From Nitrosopumilus sp. (GTDB lineage: Archaea; Thermoproteota; Nitrososphaeria; Nitrososphaerales; Nitrosopumilaceae), in NCBI GenBank assembly GCA_965205425.1, contig CBDBGZ010000005.1:79840-143839 (forward strand): a stretch of 64,000 bases of DNA. The letters run 5' to 3'. This document shows, in pieces, positions 27,456 through 37,272 of the stretch. The notes beneath the pieces were generated by a model. The model saw only the letters and a list, made by a program, of their open reading frames with translations, did no database searches and was not told the origin of the DNA. The position numbers and the translations under genes are program-made. Within the stretch, counting starts at the first letter, position 1. Each line of letters begins with the position of its first letter.

Positions 27456-27899
27456 ATGATACTAGATGAGACTGATGAAAAAATACTCAAAAATTTGTTA
27501 GTAGATGCAAGACAATCAGCCAGACAATTAGCTCTCAAATTAGGAATGTCCACAGTAACAGTACTATCAAGGATTAAAAAATTAGAAAAAGCAAAAATCA
27601 TCAAAGGGTATACTGCAATAATTGATCATGAGAAAATTGGATATTCGCTAACTGCAATAATTGAAATTATTGCAAAAAATGACAAAGTCATGTATATTGA
27701 AGATGAAATTTCAAAATTTGAAAATGTTTGCGGAGTGTATGACATTACAGGCTCAACAGATACCATAATTATTGCAAAATTCAAGGAAAGAAACGAATTA
27801 AGCAAGTTTGTAAAGGGCCTAGCATCCATCCCCAATGTGGAAAATACAATAACACATGTGGTACTAAATACGGCAAAAGAAGATTTCAGATTATCATAG
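27456..27899 (+). CDS. Lrp/AsnC transcriptional regulator
   Basis: LDETDEKIL...RIKKLEKAKIIKGYT, YDITGSTD. Confidence 0.92.
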   Translation: MILDETDEKILKNLLVDARQSARQLALKLGMSTVTVLSRIKKLEKAKIIKGYTAIIDHEKIGYSLTAIIEIIAKNDKVMYIEDEISKFENVCGVYDITGSTDTIIIAKFKERNELSKFVKGLASIPNVENTITHVVLNTAKEDFRLS

Positions 27900-27907
27900 G
27901 AGGAAAA

Positions 27908-28462
27908 ATGAACAACTTTAGCATTTTTGTAATTTCAGTAATTATTTTTGGAACAATTCAAACAGCATATGCTCAAGAGAAGAATTTAGATATGGAGTTG
28001 GAAGTAACCGATGAAGAAAAAATTATTTTATTTTCAGGTTTTGCAATTGCAGTAATCGGGTTGTTTTTGTTTCTTGCAAGAGACGTTATTTTACGTAGAA
28101 AAACATCATATGATAAAGAAGGATTAGAGTCAAAAAAAGACAAAACTTTTGAAAAATATCATTCAGACTGGGGGGACGATTATGAGGAATTGGGGAAAAG
28201 AAGGAATACCAAAGACGATAAGGAATTCAGAGAAGCGTTAAACAACAATGAACTCCCAAACTATTATGAAATCATAGGAGTAGAAAAAAATGCAACCCAA
28301 GAAGAAATTAAAAAGAAATTCAGAGAACTAGCAAAAAAGACTCATCCAGATAAAACAAAAAAAGATTCTGAAGAAGCGATGGCAGAGCTGAATAAAGCAT
28401 ACGAAGTATTATCAGATAAAGAACGCAGAGACAAATATGATAAATATCTCAGAGTAGATTAA
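27908..28462 (+). CDS. Membrane protein with C-terminal DnaJ domain
   Basis: YYEIIGV...HPDK...YEVLSD. Confidence 0.9.
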   Translation: MNNFSIFVISVIIFGTIQTAYAQEKNLDMELEVTDEEKIILFSGFAIAVIGLFLFLARDVILRRKTSYDKEGLESKKDKTFEKYHSDWGDDYEELGKRRNTKDDKEFREALNNNELPNYYEIIGVEKNATQEEIKKKFRELAKKTHPDKTKKDSEEAMAELNKAYEVLSDKERRDKYDKYLRVD

Positions 28463-28863
28463 ACAGATTCTAATTTTACAATTATCAAACTAAGTTCAAT
28501 AGATGTAGGCGTCTGAACGCTATTTGTAAGATTAGTAAAAATTTCAAGAGACATAGGAGTATTATCATCTACAATATCAGTCGTAATTTTTAATTCACCA
28601 AATTCAGTATTTGGGCCTAACATCTTCTTTGTTAGCAACGGAACTATTGAAAGATCATTTACTACACATTTCATTTTGTAGGCAAATTTATCAGAAAAAT
28701 ATACACCACCACGAGTAGTAGGTTCGTTAACAGGAATCGTGGAGTTGGTAATAGATACACTGGAAATTGGATAGGTAGCATTATTGATATAGAGTGTAAA
28801 GTTGGGGGAATTTTTTTCATTAAAACCCATTAATTTTTCCAATAAATCCTTGTTAAATGACAT
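28459..28863 (-). CDS. Conserved hypothetical protein
   Basis: 134-aa ORF, PVNEPTTRGGVYFSD. Confidence 0.7.
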   Translation of the reverse strand: MSFNKDLLEKLMGFNEKNSPNFTLYINNATYPISSVSITNSTIPVNEPTTRGGVYFSDKFAYKMKCVVNDLSIVPLLTKKMLGPNTEFGELKITTDIVDDNTPMSLEIFTNLTNSVQTPTSIELSLIIVKLESV

Positions 28864-29120
28864 TCAAAAATAACCAAATCATAATTCTATTGAGTGTTTT
28901 GGTAAAATATACAACATTCAAAGTTCTTGAAACAAATAATGTCAATAATACAATGATTATTTCAGTTAGTTAGATATGAAAATTAAGACATAAAAAAAAC
29001 TAATCCAAGAATCCATTAAATCAGGTAATGTCATATTTTCGTCTCCCATACTAGCACATTTTCCAATGAGTGATGGACAAAATTCAGCGGGAATGATAGG
29101 AACAGGGTAAACAATTGCTA

Positions 29121-30206
29121 TAGCGACGATCAAAAGTTCGCAAACATCTTTGCAGGATTTCTAAAGATATAATTTGCAACATCAAGCTTGAATTTTGTCA
29201 CTCTGAAATATTTTGACACTGCCTTGTTCATTATTGTAAACATTGCATAATACTCTGAAACCAACAATGCATACTTGCTTATCTTCCAGCACTGCTCTAT
29301 CATGTTCTTCAAGTATGGTGATCCCTTTGGCAACCAGATTAGTTTGACATCTCTATTGTTTGCAAGGTATTCCTTTACCTTCTTTGATTTGTGAACTGAT
29401 GCTCTATCTAAAATGATTGCAATCTTGCCGTATTTCTGATGCAATTCCTTTAGGTACTCTACAAATGTCACAGCGTTGAATTTGTCATAAACTCTGAATA
29501 GTTGATTACCATTTTCTGTAATTGTACCATACACTGCCAGACTCTCATGTCGTCCTGTATATGGAAGAAATATTCTCTTGGCAACTGGTGACCAGTACTT
29601 TTTTCCTGTTTTTGTATCCCTTACAAAGAATGCTTCATCAGCCATTGCAATTACAAATCCTTTCTTTTTTAGGCGTGAAATTCTCTTTTTGATGCGTTGC
29701 TGCCAGCTTCTCACAGCAGATATACTTGCATGGTTGATGTGATATTTTTGTGCAGTTTTTGCAGACATGCCGTATTGGTGCATTATCTTTCTGATGTGGG
29801 TTATGTGAAATTTTACTCCAGTGGAATAAAAGATACTTTGTTGCAACATTATGGGGGTAAACAAAGTTAGCATTGCTTTTGGACATGATAGCATCCATTC
29901 GAGTCTGGGAGATTGTTCTTGGCCTACCACTTCTTGGGTGGTCGTAGAGGCCATCTATCTCAAAACGACTCGTCCATTTTCTCACCCAGCTTGTGCAGTG
30001 GTGTAATGTCTTTGCAGTGCACTGTATGTCCTTTCCATCCTTTAGAATCATCAACACTGCAAGCATCCTTACTGCAACCTTGGAGTTTTCTTTTTTGTAT
30101 GCTGCTTCAAGTGATTCTAACTTGTTCATCAAATTTTACCATACATAGTGATCAAAAAGTTTTTTGTTTTGGAATAATTTAGTTCACGAACTTTATCTTT
30201 TCGCTA
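29121..30206 (-). mobile_element. IS630-family element, copy 1
   Basis: Imperfect TIRs TAGCGAcgatcAAAGTTCG / TAGCGAaaagatAAAGTTCG; TA duplication at 29119-20 and 30207-08. Confidence 0.9.
29130..30132 (-). pseudogene. tnp: IS630 transposase split by 1-nt insertion near 29880
   Basis: HTH with RSGRP in ORF A; DEAFF, LDRASVH, SPYL..IE in ORF B; copy 2 is in frame at this site. Confidence 0.8.
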
Positions 30207-30422
30207 TATCAAAAGCAAGACAAATGCAAGGATTATTCTTTTTTTTTGATGAATTCATAATTTTATTTGTTGGATTTCATACATTACCATCTGTATGTTA
30301 TTTGAAATAACAGTGGAAGTTCACGACTAAATTTGGGAATTCTATTGGATCTTTCTAATTATAGTCAACAAATCTTTCAAAATACATAGATCATATTTAA
30401 AAACGCGAAATCAGATCGAATA

Positions 30423-31742
30423 ATGTTGCAACAATTTGCAAATACACATTCCATGAGAAATGAAATTCTTAGTCTAATGGTAGAGAATGGACTAGAAGAT
30501 GACTGTTATGTGGAAATGTTAGATTATACTATTGACCTTTTTGAAAGTCAAGGACTTGGAACAGAATATTATGGATATCACAACATTAATCATGAATTAG
30601 AAGTAACATATGTCTCATTATTAGCAATAAAACAAAATAAAATTCAATTTACTGATGAGGATATAAAATATTTGTATGTTGCAGCTTTGTTTCATGATTT
30701 TGATCCTCAAAAAAGTGTAGATAAACCTCATGAAGAAAGTGTCTTGAAATTTATTTCAGTGGATAGAAAACTTCGTCAATTAATTACAGAAGCAAATATT
30801 GATTTAGAAATTATCAAAGTTTTGATATTAAGAACAACATACCCTTGGAGTGGAGAATTAAAAAATAATGCAGAAATTCAGATCAAACAATCTTTTGATA
30901 GTTCTGACTTGACAAGAAACAATTTACCATATCAAGAACATATAATGGAAATGGGATGGTATCTATCAGTAGTAGATAGAATTAGTGGGTATGCATTGGG
31001 AGATTTTGCAAAGGCAATGGAGAGGGCAAAAATGAATGCACATGCTCTAGCATGGAGACCATCATTAATTGTAAGAAGTGCAGTTGCATATTTTGAAGAA
31101 TTATTAAATAAAGAAACAGATATGGCAAAAGGAATTCTCAAAGTTCTTCCAAAAGAAATGAGAAAAAATTTCTTTGATACAGTATTATCATTTATGAAAA
31201 TTAGACAACAAGAAATTACCATTCAAGCAAATTATTCATATGAAAATCTAAAGATGATTCCTACAATCGAGTCAATGACAACCAGAGAAGATCCCAAGTT
31301 CATAAATACACTATATGAAATATTTATGGAATTACCAACACCATTACAATTTGAAAAAGAGAATTTTGAAAAATCGGTAAAAGATCCACATGTAATTATC
31401 AATACATTAAGACTAAATGACAAAAATGGGGAAATCATAGGTTTTTCCAAAGGAGGACCTCTAGAAAACTATCAGTTACGAGAAGAGATCAGAGATGAAA
31501 ATTACGGGGTAGGAAATACAATATTTTTGGAACCATTGGCACTTAAAATGGGCTACTGGGGCCTAAAAGGAGGAAGCGAGATGCGCCATATGTTCATCAT
31601 GCAAGCTCATTCTATGAAATTCAAGTATCTCACAAGCTTTGCATTAAGAGATGTAATCAGAGCGAGAATAGACAAAGAACAAGCTGAATTTGTCACATTA
31701 TTTGATCCTGAGAGATGGGATTACTATAGAATCAAAGTGTAG
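30423..31742 (+). CDS. HD-domain protein
   Basis: YHNINH...AALFHDFD. Confidence 0.88.
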   Translation: MLQQFANTHSMRNEILSLMVENGLEDDCYVEMLDYTIDLFESQGLGTEYYGYHNINHELEVTYVSLLAIKQNKIQFTDEDIKYLYVAALFHDFDPQKSVDKPHEESVLKFISVDRKLRQLITEANIDLEIIKVLILRTTYPWSGELKNNAEIQIKQSFDSSDLTRNNLPYQEHIMEMGWYLSVVDRISGYALGDFAKAMERAKMNAHALAWRPSLIVRSAVAYFEELLNKETDMAKGILKVLPKEMRKNFFDTVLSFMKIRQQEITIQANYSYENLKMIPTIESMTTREDPKFINTLYEIFMELPTPLQFEKENFEKSVKDPHVIINTLRLNDKNGEIIGFSKGGPLENYQLREEIRDENYGVGNTIFLEPLALKMGYWGLKGGSEMRHMFIMQAHSMKFKYLTSFALRDVIRARIDKEQAEFVTLFDPERWDYYRIKV

Positions 31743-31751
31743 ATTCGCCAC

Positions 31752-33203
31752 ATGGAAAAATTACTTGTTAAAACACTAGAAACAAAAATTCAAGGAAAAG
31801 TATTTTCAACTAAAGAATTTAGAGATTTTTACTCAGTGGATGCAAGCTCGTATAAAATAATTCCCAAAGTAATAGTAGTTCCAAAAAATGAAAAAGATGT
31901 CATTAATGTAGTAAAAATTGCTAAAAAAATGAAAGGTTCGGTAACTGTACGTGGTGTCGGAACAGGATTAGTGGGCAGTGCACTAAACAACGGAATAATT
32001 TTAGATATGAAAAATTTTGATTCAGTCAGGCTTAGTAAAAATCATGTAACAGTTGGTACAGGCACGATAAAGGGGAATCTAGATATAAAATTAGAAAAAC
32101 AAAAAAAATTCTTTCCTCCCAATCCTTCAATTGGTTCATTTTGTTCTGTAGGAGGAATGCTAGGAAATAATTCAAGTGGAAGTAGAAGTCTAAAGTATGG
32201 AAGTGTAATTGACAATGTTAAAGAAATTACATTCATTGATGGAGATGGAAATAAAATTACTTTACCTAAAAATGACAAAGTTTCAAAAGATATAATTAAA
32301 ATTGCAAATACAACAGATTTTAAAAAATTTCCAAATGTAACTAAGAATTCATCAGGGTACAGATTAGATAAAATTAAAACAAAAAATGATTCACATAAAA
32401 TTGTCATAGGATCGGAGGGAACATTAGGAATAATATTATCTGCAAAGTTAAAAATTAAAGAAAAACCAAAAAAAAGAATTCTATTCATTATAGAATACAA
32501 ATCAATTTTAGATGCATCAGACAATTGTATTGAAATTAATAAAACAAAGCCATCAGCAATAGAATTTGTAGATAAAACAACTCTAGTTCAAATAGACTAT
32601 AAATTTGACAGTAAAACCAAATGTTTACTGTTTATAGAATATGATGAAATGATTAATGCATCAGAAAAGAAACTCAAATTGGTAATAACAGGTAAAATTG
32701 TTAAAAAGATTCAAACAAATACAGACATTACAAAATGGTGGCGATATAGAGATTCATCACTTCATTATAGTTTAAAATCAATTAAAAAAGAAAAACGCAT
32801 TCCACATGTAATTGAAGATGCAGCAGTTCCATTGAAAAATCTTCCAAAATTATTTTTAGCATTAAATAAAATAAATAAAAAATATAATACAAAATCAATT
32901 GTATATGGACATGCAGGAAATGGCAATGTTCACATACGTTTAATTTCAAATAAAAAAGAAATTAAAATTATTAAAAAAATAGCAACAGAGTATTTTGAGG
33001 AGACAATAAAACTTGGTGGAACTATAACGGCAGAACACGGAGATGGACTTGCACGCTCAGAATTTATCAAAATTCAGTATGGGGCAAAAAATTATAAAAT
33101 ATTTAGAAAAATCAAAAAATATTTTGATCCCGCGAATGTGCTCAATCCAGGGAAAATTATCACTTCAAAGAGCACCATCATACAAAATCTTGAAAAATTT
33201 TAA
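31752..33203 (+). CDS. FAD-binding oxidoreductase (GlcD/D-lactate dehydrogenase-like)
   Basis: VRGVGTGLVG, GSEGTLG, GHAGNGNVH, AEHGDG, DPANVLNPGK. Confidence 0.92.
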   Translation: MEKLLVKTLETKIQGKVFSTKEFRDFYSVDASSYKIIPKVIVVPKNEKDVINVVKIAKKMKGSVTVRGVGTGLVGSALNNGIILDMKNFDSVRLSKNHVTVGTGTIKGNLDIKLEKQKKFFPPNPSIGSFCSVGGMLGNNSSGSRSLKYGSVIDNVKEITFIDGDGNKITLPKNDKVSKDIIKIANTTDFKKFPNVTKNSSGYRLDKIKTKNDSHKIVIGSEGTLGIILSAKLKIKEKPKKRILFIIEYKSILDASDNCIEINKTKPSAIEFVDKTTLVQIDYKFDSKTKCLLFIEYDEMINASEKKLKLVITGKIVKKIQTNTDITKWWRYRDSSLHYSLKSIKKEKRIPHVIEDAAVPLKNLPKLFLALNKINKKYNTKSIVYGHAGNGNVHIRLISNKKEIKIIKKIATEYFEETIKLGGTITAEHGDGLARSEFIKIQYGAKNYKIFRKIKKYFDPANVLNPGKIITSKSTIIQNLEKF

Positions 33204-33273
33204 AAAAATTGAGTCATCACTAAGAAAGTTCAGTGCAGAAAGGCTTTTGTAACTAAAAAATGCCCAAAAAATC

Positions 33274-33702
33274 GTGTTAGGTAAGGGCATAGGTCTATTT
33301 ACAATATTAGTGGTTACTGTAGGTATTACCCCAGCATTAGGATTGACAGAATCAGAAAGAGCATCAATTGAAGAACCCAAATTAGTTAATTCCTTTGGTG
33401 CACCTGTTGGAAATAATGTCAACGTTGATCAACAAATTCAGATTGCTTCAGATATTACAAATAATCAAGAAATAACACAGAATTTTAATTATCTAGTACA
33501 AGTTAAAGATTCAAAAGATTTTGTTGTAAAGATTGCATGGTTTAGTGGAGAATTAAATCCACATCAAGAATGGAATACATCAGTGTTTTGGGTTCCAGAT
33601 GAATCAGGAGAATATATTGCAGAAATATTTCTGTGGGAAGGATTCCCAGTAAATCATAATGCATTATCAGAATACACGACATTACAGATCAGCGTTAGTT
33701 AG
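33274..33702 (+). CDS. Secreted Ig-like protein
   Basis: Signal peptide; WVPDESGEYIAEIFLW. Confidence 0.8.
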   Translation: MLGKGIGLFTILVVTVGITPALGLTESERASIEEPKLVNSFGAPVGNNVNVDQQIQIASDITNNQEITQNFNYLVQVKDSKDFVVKIAWFSGELNPHQEWNTSVFWVPDESGEYIAEIFLWEGFPVNHNALSEYTTLQISVS

Positions 33703-33896
33703 AATTTACAAAATATTTTATCAAAAAATTGTATATTTATTTAAGAAATATGAATAATTTATTCCTAAATTGATCAAAATAACATCCGATACGAAAAAAA
33801 TTGTTCTGGAACACAAAAAATGAGATCGGAGATTTGTCTAATAGTGAAAAAAATTTAACAAGTTCTCGGTAATATGACCTTGAGCCTAGTAGATTT

Positions 33897-34040
33897 ATGA
33901 CAATAGGATATTGTGTTAAGTGTCGGGACAAACGAGAAATCGGCGGCCCTAAACCATACACCATGAAAAATGGTAAACCTGCAATCAAAGGCACATGCCC
34001 AACATGCAGTACAGCCATTTTCAGAATCGGTAGAGGATAA
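33897..34040 (+). CDS. DUF5679-like small Zn-binding protein, 47 aa (not in ORF track)
   Basis: MTIGYCVKCRDKREIGGPKPYTMKNGKPAIKGTCPTCSTAIFRIGRG. Confidence 0.85.
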   Translation: MTIGYCVKCRDKREIGGPKPYTMKNGKPAIKGTCPTCSTAIFRIGRG

Positions 34041-34058
34041 ATTTCTCACTAGAGAAAT

Positions 34059-34310
34059 TTAGTACTGCCATTCATCAGTAAGGCCATTCCACAGGGAACG
34101 CATTGGGGATGGATCTTTTTCTATTTCTTCAGTAATTCTATTTTTCAACACAAAAAAGAAATTCTCTAAAGCATCAATGCCCCCATCAGCAAATAATTCA
34201 TGGCCAATTTCAGTAATTCTTTTGTGTTTATCAGATACTTCTGTAGAATCAGGATTCTGAAGACAAAAAGTCATCAAATCAATTAATTCCTCTTCCAACA
34301 TGAAATCCAT
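34059..34310 (-). CDS. Conserved hypothetical protein
   Basis: 83-aa ORF. Confidence 0.75.
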   Translation of the reverse strand: MDFMLEEELIDLMTFCLQNPDSTEVSDKHKRITEIGHELFADGGIDALENFFFVLKNRITEEIEKDPSPMRSLWNGLTDEWQY

Positions 34311-34367
34311 ATAATTTAGTTGGAAATTCAGTAGAATTTAGACATTTAGATTAAAAAGAAAAAGAGA

Positions 34368-34742
34368 TTATTTTAGACGTCTATAGATCTCTTTGAATTC
34401 ACATGATATGTTATACGACATGTTTAGCAAATGTGCCAGTTGATTCATAGTTGTCTTATCATGTCCCAATTGTCTTAACAAAGTCAAAGCTTTTTGTGGG
34501 GAGTTTGGAGATAAAGGACTTTGTCCAGACCATGTTTTAAAAGCATCTTCTACATCCAAACTGAAATTCAAAACAAATTCTTTCCAATTGGGCATTGCCT
34601 TTAGAGCTTTTTCATTAAGAAGAACTTCAGACAATTCACGAAATTCATTTTTCCTATCAAGATATAACATATCAAGAACTTGGTGAATTTTTTCTTCGCG
34701 ATATTCTTCAGAATTTAACATGTACATTCCAGCAATACTCAT
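34368..34742 (-). CDS. Conserved hypothetical protein
   Basis: 124-aa ORF. Confidence 0.75.
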   Translation of the reverse strand: MSIAGMYMLNSEEYREEKIHQVLDMLYLDRKNEFRELSEVLLNEKALKAMPNWKEFVLNFSLDVEDAFKTWSGQSPLSPNSPQKALTLLRQLGHDKTTMNQLAHLLNMSYNISCEFKEIYRRLK

Positions 34743-34863
34743 GAATTACTATACTCGCAATCAAAGATAAGTTAGATACACAATTCTCAAAAAAAGTGTT
34801 AAAAAAAATCTTTAAAAATGAACAAATGTTCAACCATTAAAAAAATAAAAAGAAAAAAAGATC

Positions 34864-36225
34864 TTATTGGAATGGATCGATAAATGGACAGTTGACAATA
34901 TGGTCACTATCCATTGGACGTGCAATACCAATGTTGATCAAACCAGCTTCGTTGTATGCGTTCATATCATCAATGGTTTCTAGTAATTGCGCATCATCTG
35001 GATTTTCCCAGCCAATCATAAAGATTCTCCACATTGGAGAATAGTTAGCATCGCCAGGAGCACCGGCTGCAATTCCAGGTTGAAATCCTAATGGACCAGT
35101 ACCTGTTAAACCATTTTTGAACTGATACAAGTCTACTGCTGCTGAATTTGCAATCAAGCTTGCAGATGTTGGTGAACTGACAACACCCATCATTCCGGCA
35201 GGGCCGCTTGGAGTAGCATCTGTTACAATGTAATAGATAGTTCTACCATCTGGACCCCATCCACGATGAGCTATGAAAGTTACATTCATCTCTTCTGTAT
35301 CGATATCAAGAACTTGACCACCACCGTAAGGAGTAACATCAGTTAATGTTTTGTCTTCCTTAACCATCATTTGACCTTCAGGCCAAACAATTTGAGGCAT
35401 GTTCAAAACTACATCAATTTCTGTCAATGTAATTTCATTATTCTCAGCTGCTTCTGCAACCATTGCTTCTGAATCAAGTACTCTTGGAGTTGCATCATCA
35501 TTCCACATCACATGAACATGTGAGGTCAATGCACTGTACACATCTGCTTGTGCAGGAGTACTAGTGAATATTTGACCTTGGTATCCGTGTATACCATCGC
35601 CTTCAATGCCGTTGGTAAACAAGTATACTGTTGAAAGTGCGTCTTCAGGAGTGTTCTTCAATAAAGGAGCAAGTTCTACTTGCCATCCTTGATTTGCAGT
35701 AATTATGTCTGCATGTGTAGGATCACTTGAATCAGTGATGATATAGTAAACATCTTCACCGTTATAGTATCCTTGATGCATAGGAATTGTTGCTGGAACA
35801 TTTGCTCTTGATAATCTAAGTACAGAACCCAAGTCTGCTTCAGTTTCTTCCATAGTTTCTTTCATGTGTTCTTCTTCATGGGTTTCTTCCATAGTTTCTT
35901 CCATGTGTTCTTCTTCATGGGTTTCTTCCATAGTTTCTTCCATGTGTTCTTCTTCATGGGTTTCTTCCATAGTTTCTTCCATGTGTTCTTCAACTGGAGC
36001 TACAGGAGCGACACTACTACCTTGGTCTGCTTTCCAAGCGGCTTTACCGCCAGGATAGTTAGAGCAAAGGTCTAATCCACAGATACCGGTACTTGAACCA
36101 TATTGAGAGGTTCCAGTACCTTTGCTTTTGAGGGCTTCAGCATCTGAGAAATAATCTGTCGTCATACCTGCTGTAAACAAGGGTAAAATTGCAAGGAGTG
36201 CAATGTATCTTAGACTCTTGTTCAT
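34864..36225 (-). CDS. Secreted protein with His/Met/Glu-rich repeat and duplicated C-terminal domain (possible metal binding)
   Basis: Signal peptide; (EETMEETHEEEHM)n; two YYI(I/V)TD domains. Confidence 0.85.
   Translation of the reverse strand: MNKSLRYIALLAILPLFTAGMTTDYFSDAEALKSKGTGTSQYGSSTGICGLDLCSNYPGGKAAWKADQGSSVAPVAPVEEHMEETMEETHEEEHMEETMEETHEEEHMEETMEETHEEEHMKETMEETEADLGSVLRLSRANVPATIPMHQGYYNGEDVYYIITDSSDPTHADIITANQGWQVELAPLLKNTPEDALSTVYLFTNGIEGDGIHGYQGQIFTSTPAQADVYSALTSHVHVMWNDDATPRVLDSEAMVAEAAENNEITLTEIDVVLNMPQIVWPEGQMMVKEDKTLTDVTPYGGGQVLDIDTEEMNVTFIAHRGWGPDGRTIYYIVTDATPSGPAGMMGVVSSPTSASLIANSAAVDLYQFKNGLTGTGPLGFQPGIAAGAPGDANYSPMWRIFMIGWENPDDAQLLETIDDMNAYNEAGLINIGIARPMDSDHIVNCPFIDPFQ
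35843..35991. repeat. 39-bp in-frame tandem repeat, ~3.8 copies
   Basis: Units start at 35843, 35882, 35921, 35960. Confidence 0.9.
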
Positions 36226-36304
36226 AAGTGAAAAGTTATGATTTTTGTATATAATTCAATCGTTTTAGGCACATTTTTAAGGTATAATGGTAGATATTAA
36301 GTAA

Positions 36305-36472
36305 ATGTCTACCTTTCTTTCAAAAACCAAAAATCGAGTCAGTTTTGAGGAGCGAATACAGACAAAAGCAGTCAATACTCAAAAAACATCCCAGTCAGCA
36401 ATAAGAAACTTTGAGAGATTTTGCAAGGAAAACTATGGCAAATCAATGGAGGAGACAATATCAGAGAGTTGA
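36305..36472 (+). pseudogene. Possible N-terminal remnant of a tyrosine integrase
   Basis: MSTFL...AVNTQKTSQSAIRNFERFCKE resembles the integrase core-binding helix; truncated at 55 aa at the island edge. Confidence 0.4.
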
Positions 36473-36556
36473 GATGGAACTAGTCTACGAGTGCAAAAGT
36501 AAATAAAAATCTGCCATCAAGATTTTATCAAAAAATTATTATAACAAATATGGAAA

Positions 36557-36745
36557 ATGTATGTTATGAATACAGCACTACAATATAGAAAAATTAAGGT
36601 GTTGCCACAAAATGAAGCGAGGATGCTGGATATTTTGTTGTCTACCAGTCAACAATTCAATGCCATTTCAAAAGATGAATATTATATTACAGAGAAACAG
36701 TCCAACATCCTTACTAAAAAAAGAGTTCCATATCAGAAATTATAA
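36557..36745 (+). CDS. Small hypothetical protein
   Basis: 62-aa ORF. Confidence 0.5.
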   Translation: MYVMNTALQYRKIKVLPQNEARMLDILLSTSQQFNAISKDEYYITEKQSNILTKKRVPYQKL

Positions 36746-36883
36746 TAAAGCTAACCAAGAAAATCAAACTACATTACAAGCTGTTGCAATTTTATAACGA
36801 TGGACAACGTATTCCCAACAAAAAAATACTCAAAGTAAAAAATTTTTTCATAAGCAAATATGGCTTGATTATCAGTAGATAGT

Positions 36884-36900
36884 TGAGACTTGGGCATAAT
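36884..36900. repeat. Orphan IS end identical to left TIR of the IS at 43001
   Basis: TGAGACTTGGGCATAAT at 36884-36900 and 43001-43017. Confidence 0.8.
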
Positions 36901-37272
36901 CAATTATTTAATGAATATTGCAAGGAACAAATAAACTACAAAGCACATCACAAAGATCCTAAAATGAAAATTAATATTACATTTGAACATGATGATTCAG
37001 AGTTTATTATGTCACTAATGAAATTAAAGATTGTAAAAGATCTGCAGCAATCTGATACAACTCTAAATTTTTAGCCCAAATTGTTATCAATTCTGATATT
37101 TTATCAACATAACTTGATGTAGTATTGGTAAAAGGAATTTTTGATTCTTTAATCTTGTTTACAGATTTATCTATAAAATTTTCAACAATGTCCATACCAT
37201 CACCAGTAATTCCTCCAGTTGGTCCAAAAAACTCAGTGCCATCATCAGAATAATCGATTGTGCCTTTTACTA

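Noticed and set aside
29638-29954. Programmed frameshift in IS630 transposase
   Set aside because: Copy 2 is in frame at the same site (TCAAAAGC vs TCCAAAAGC), so it is a simple insertion
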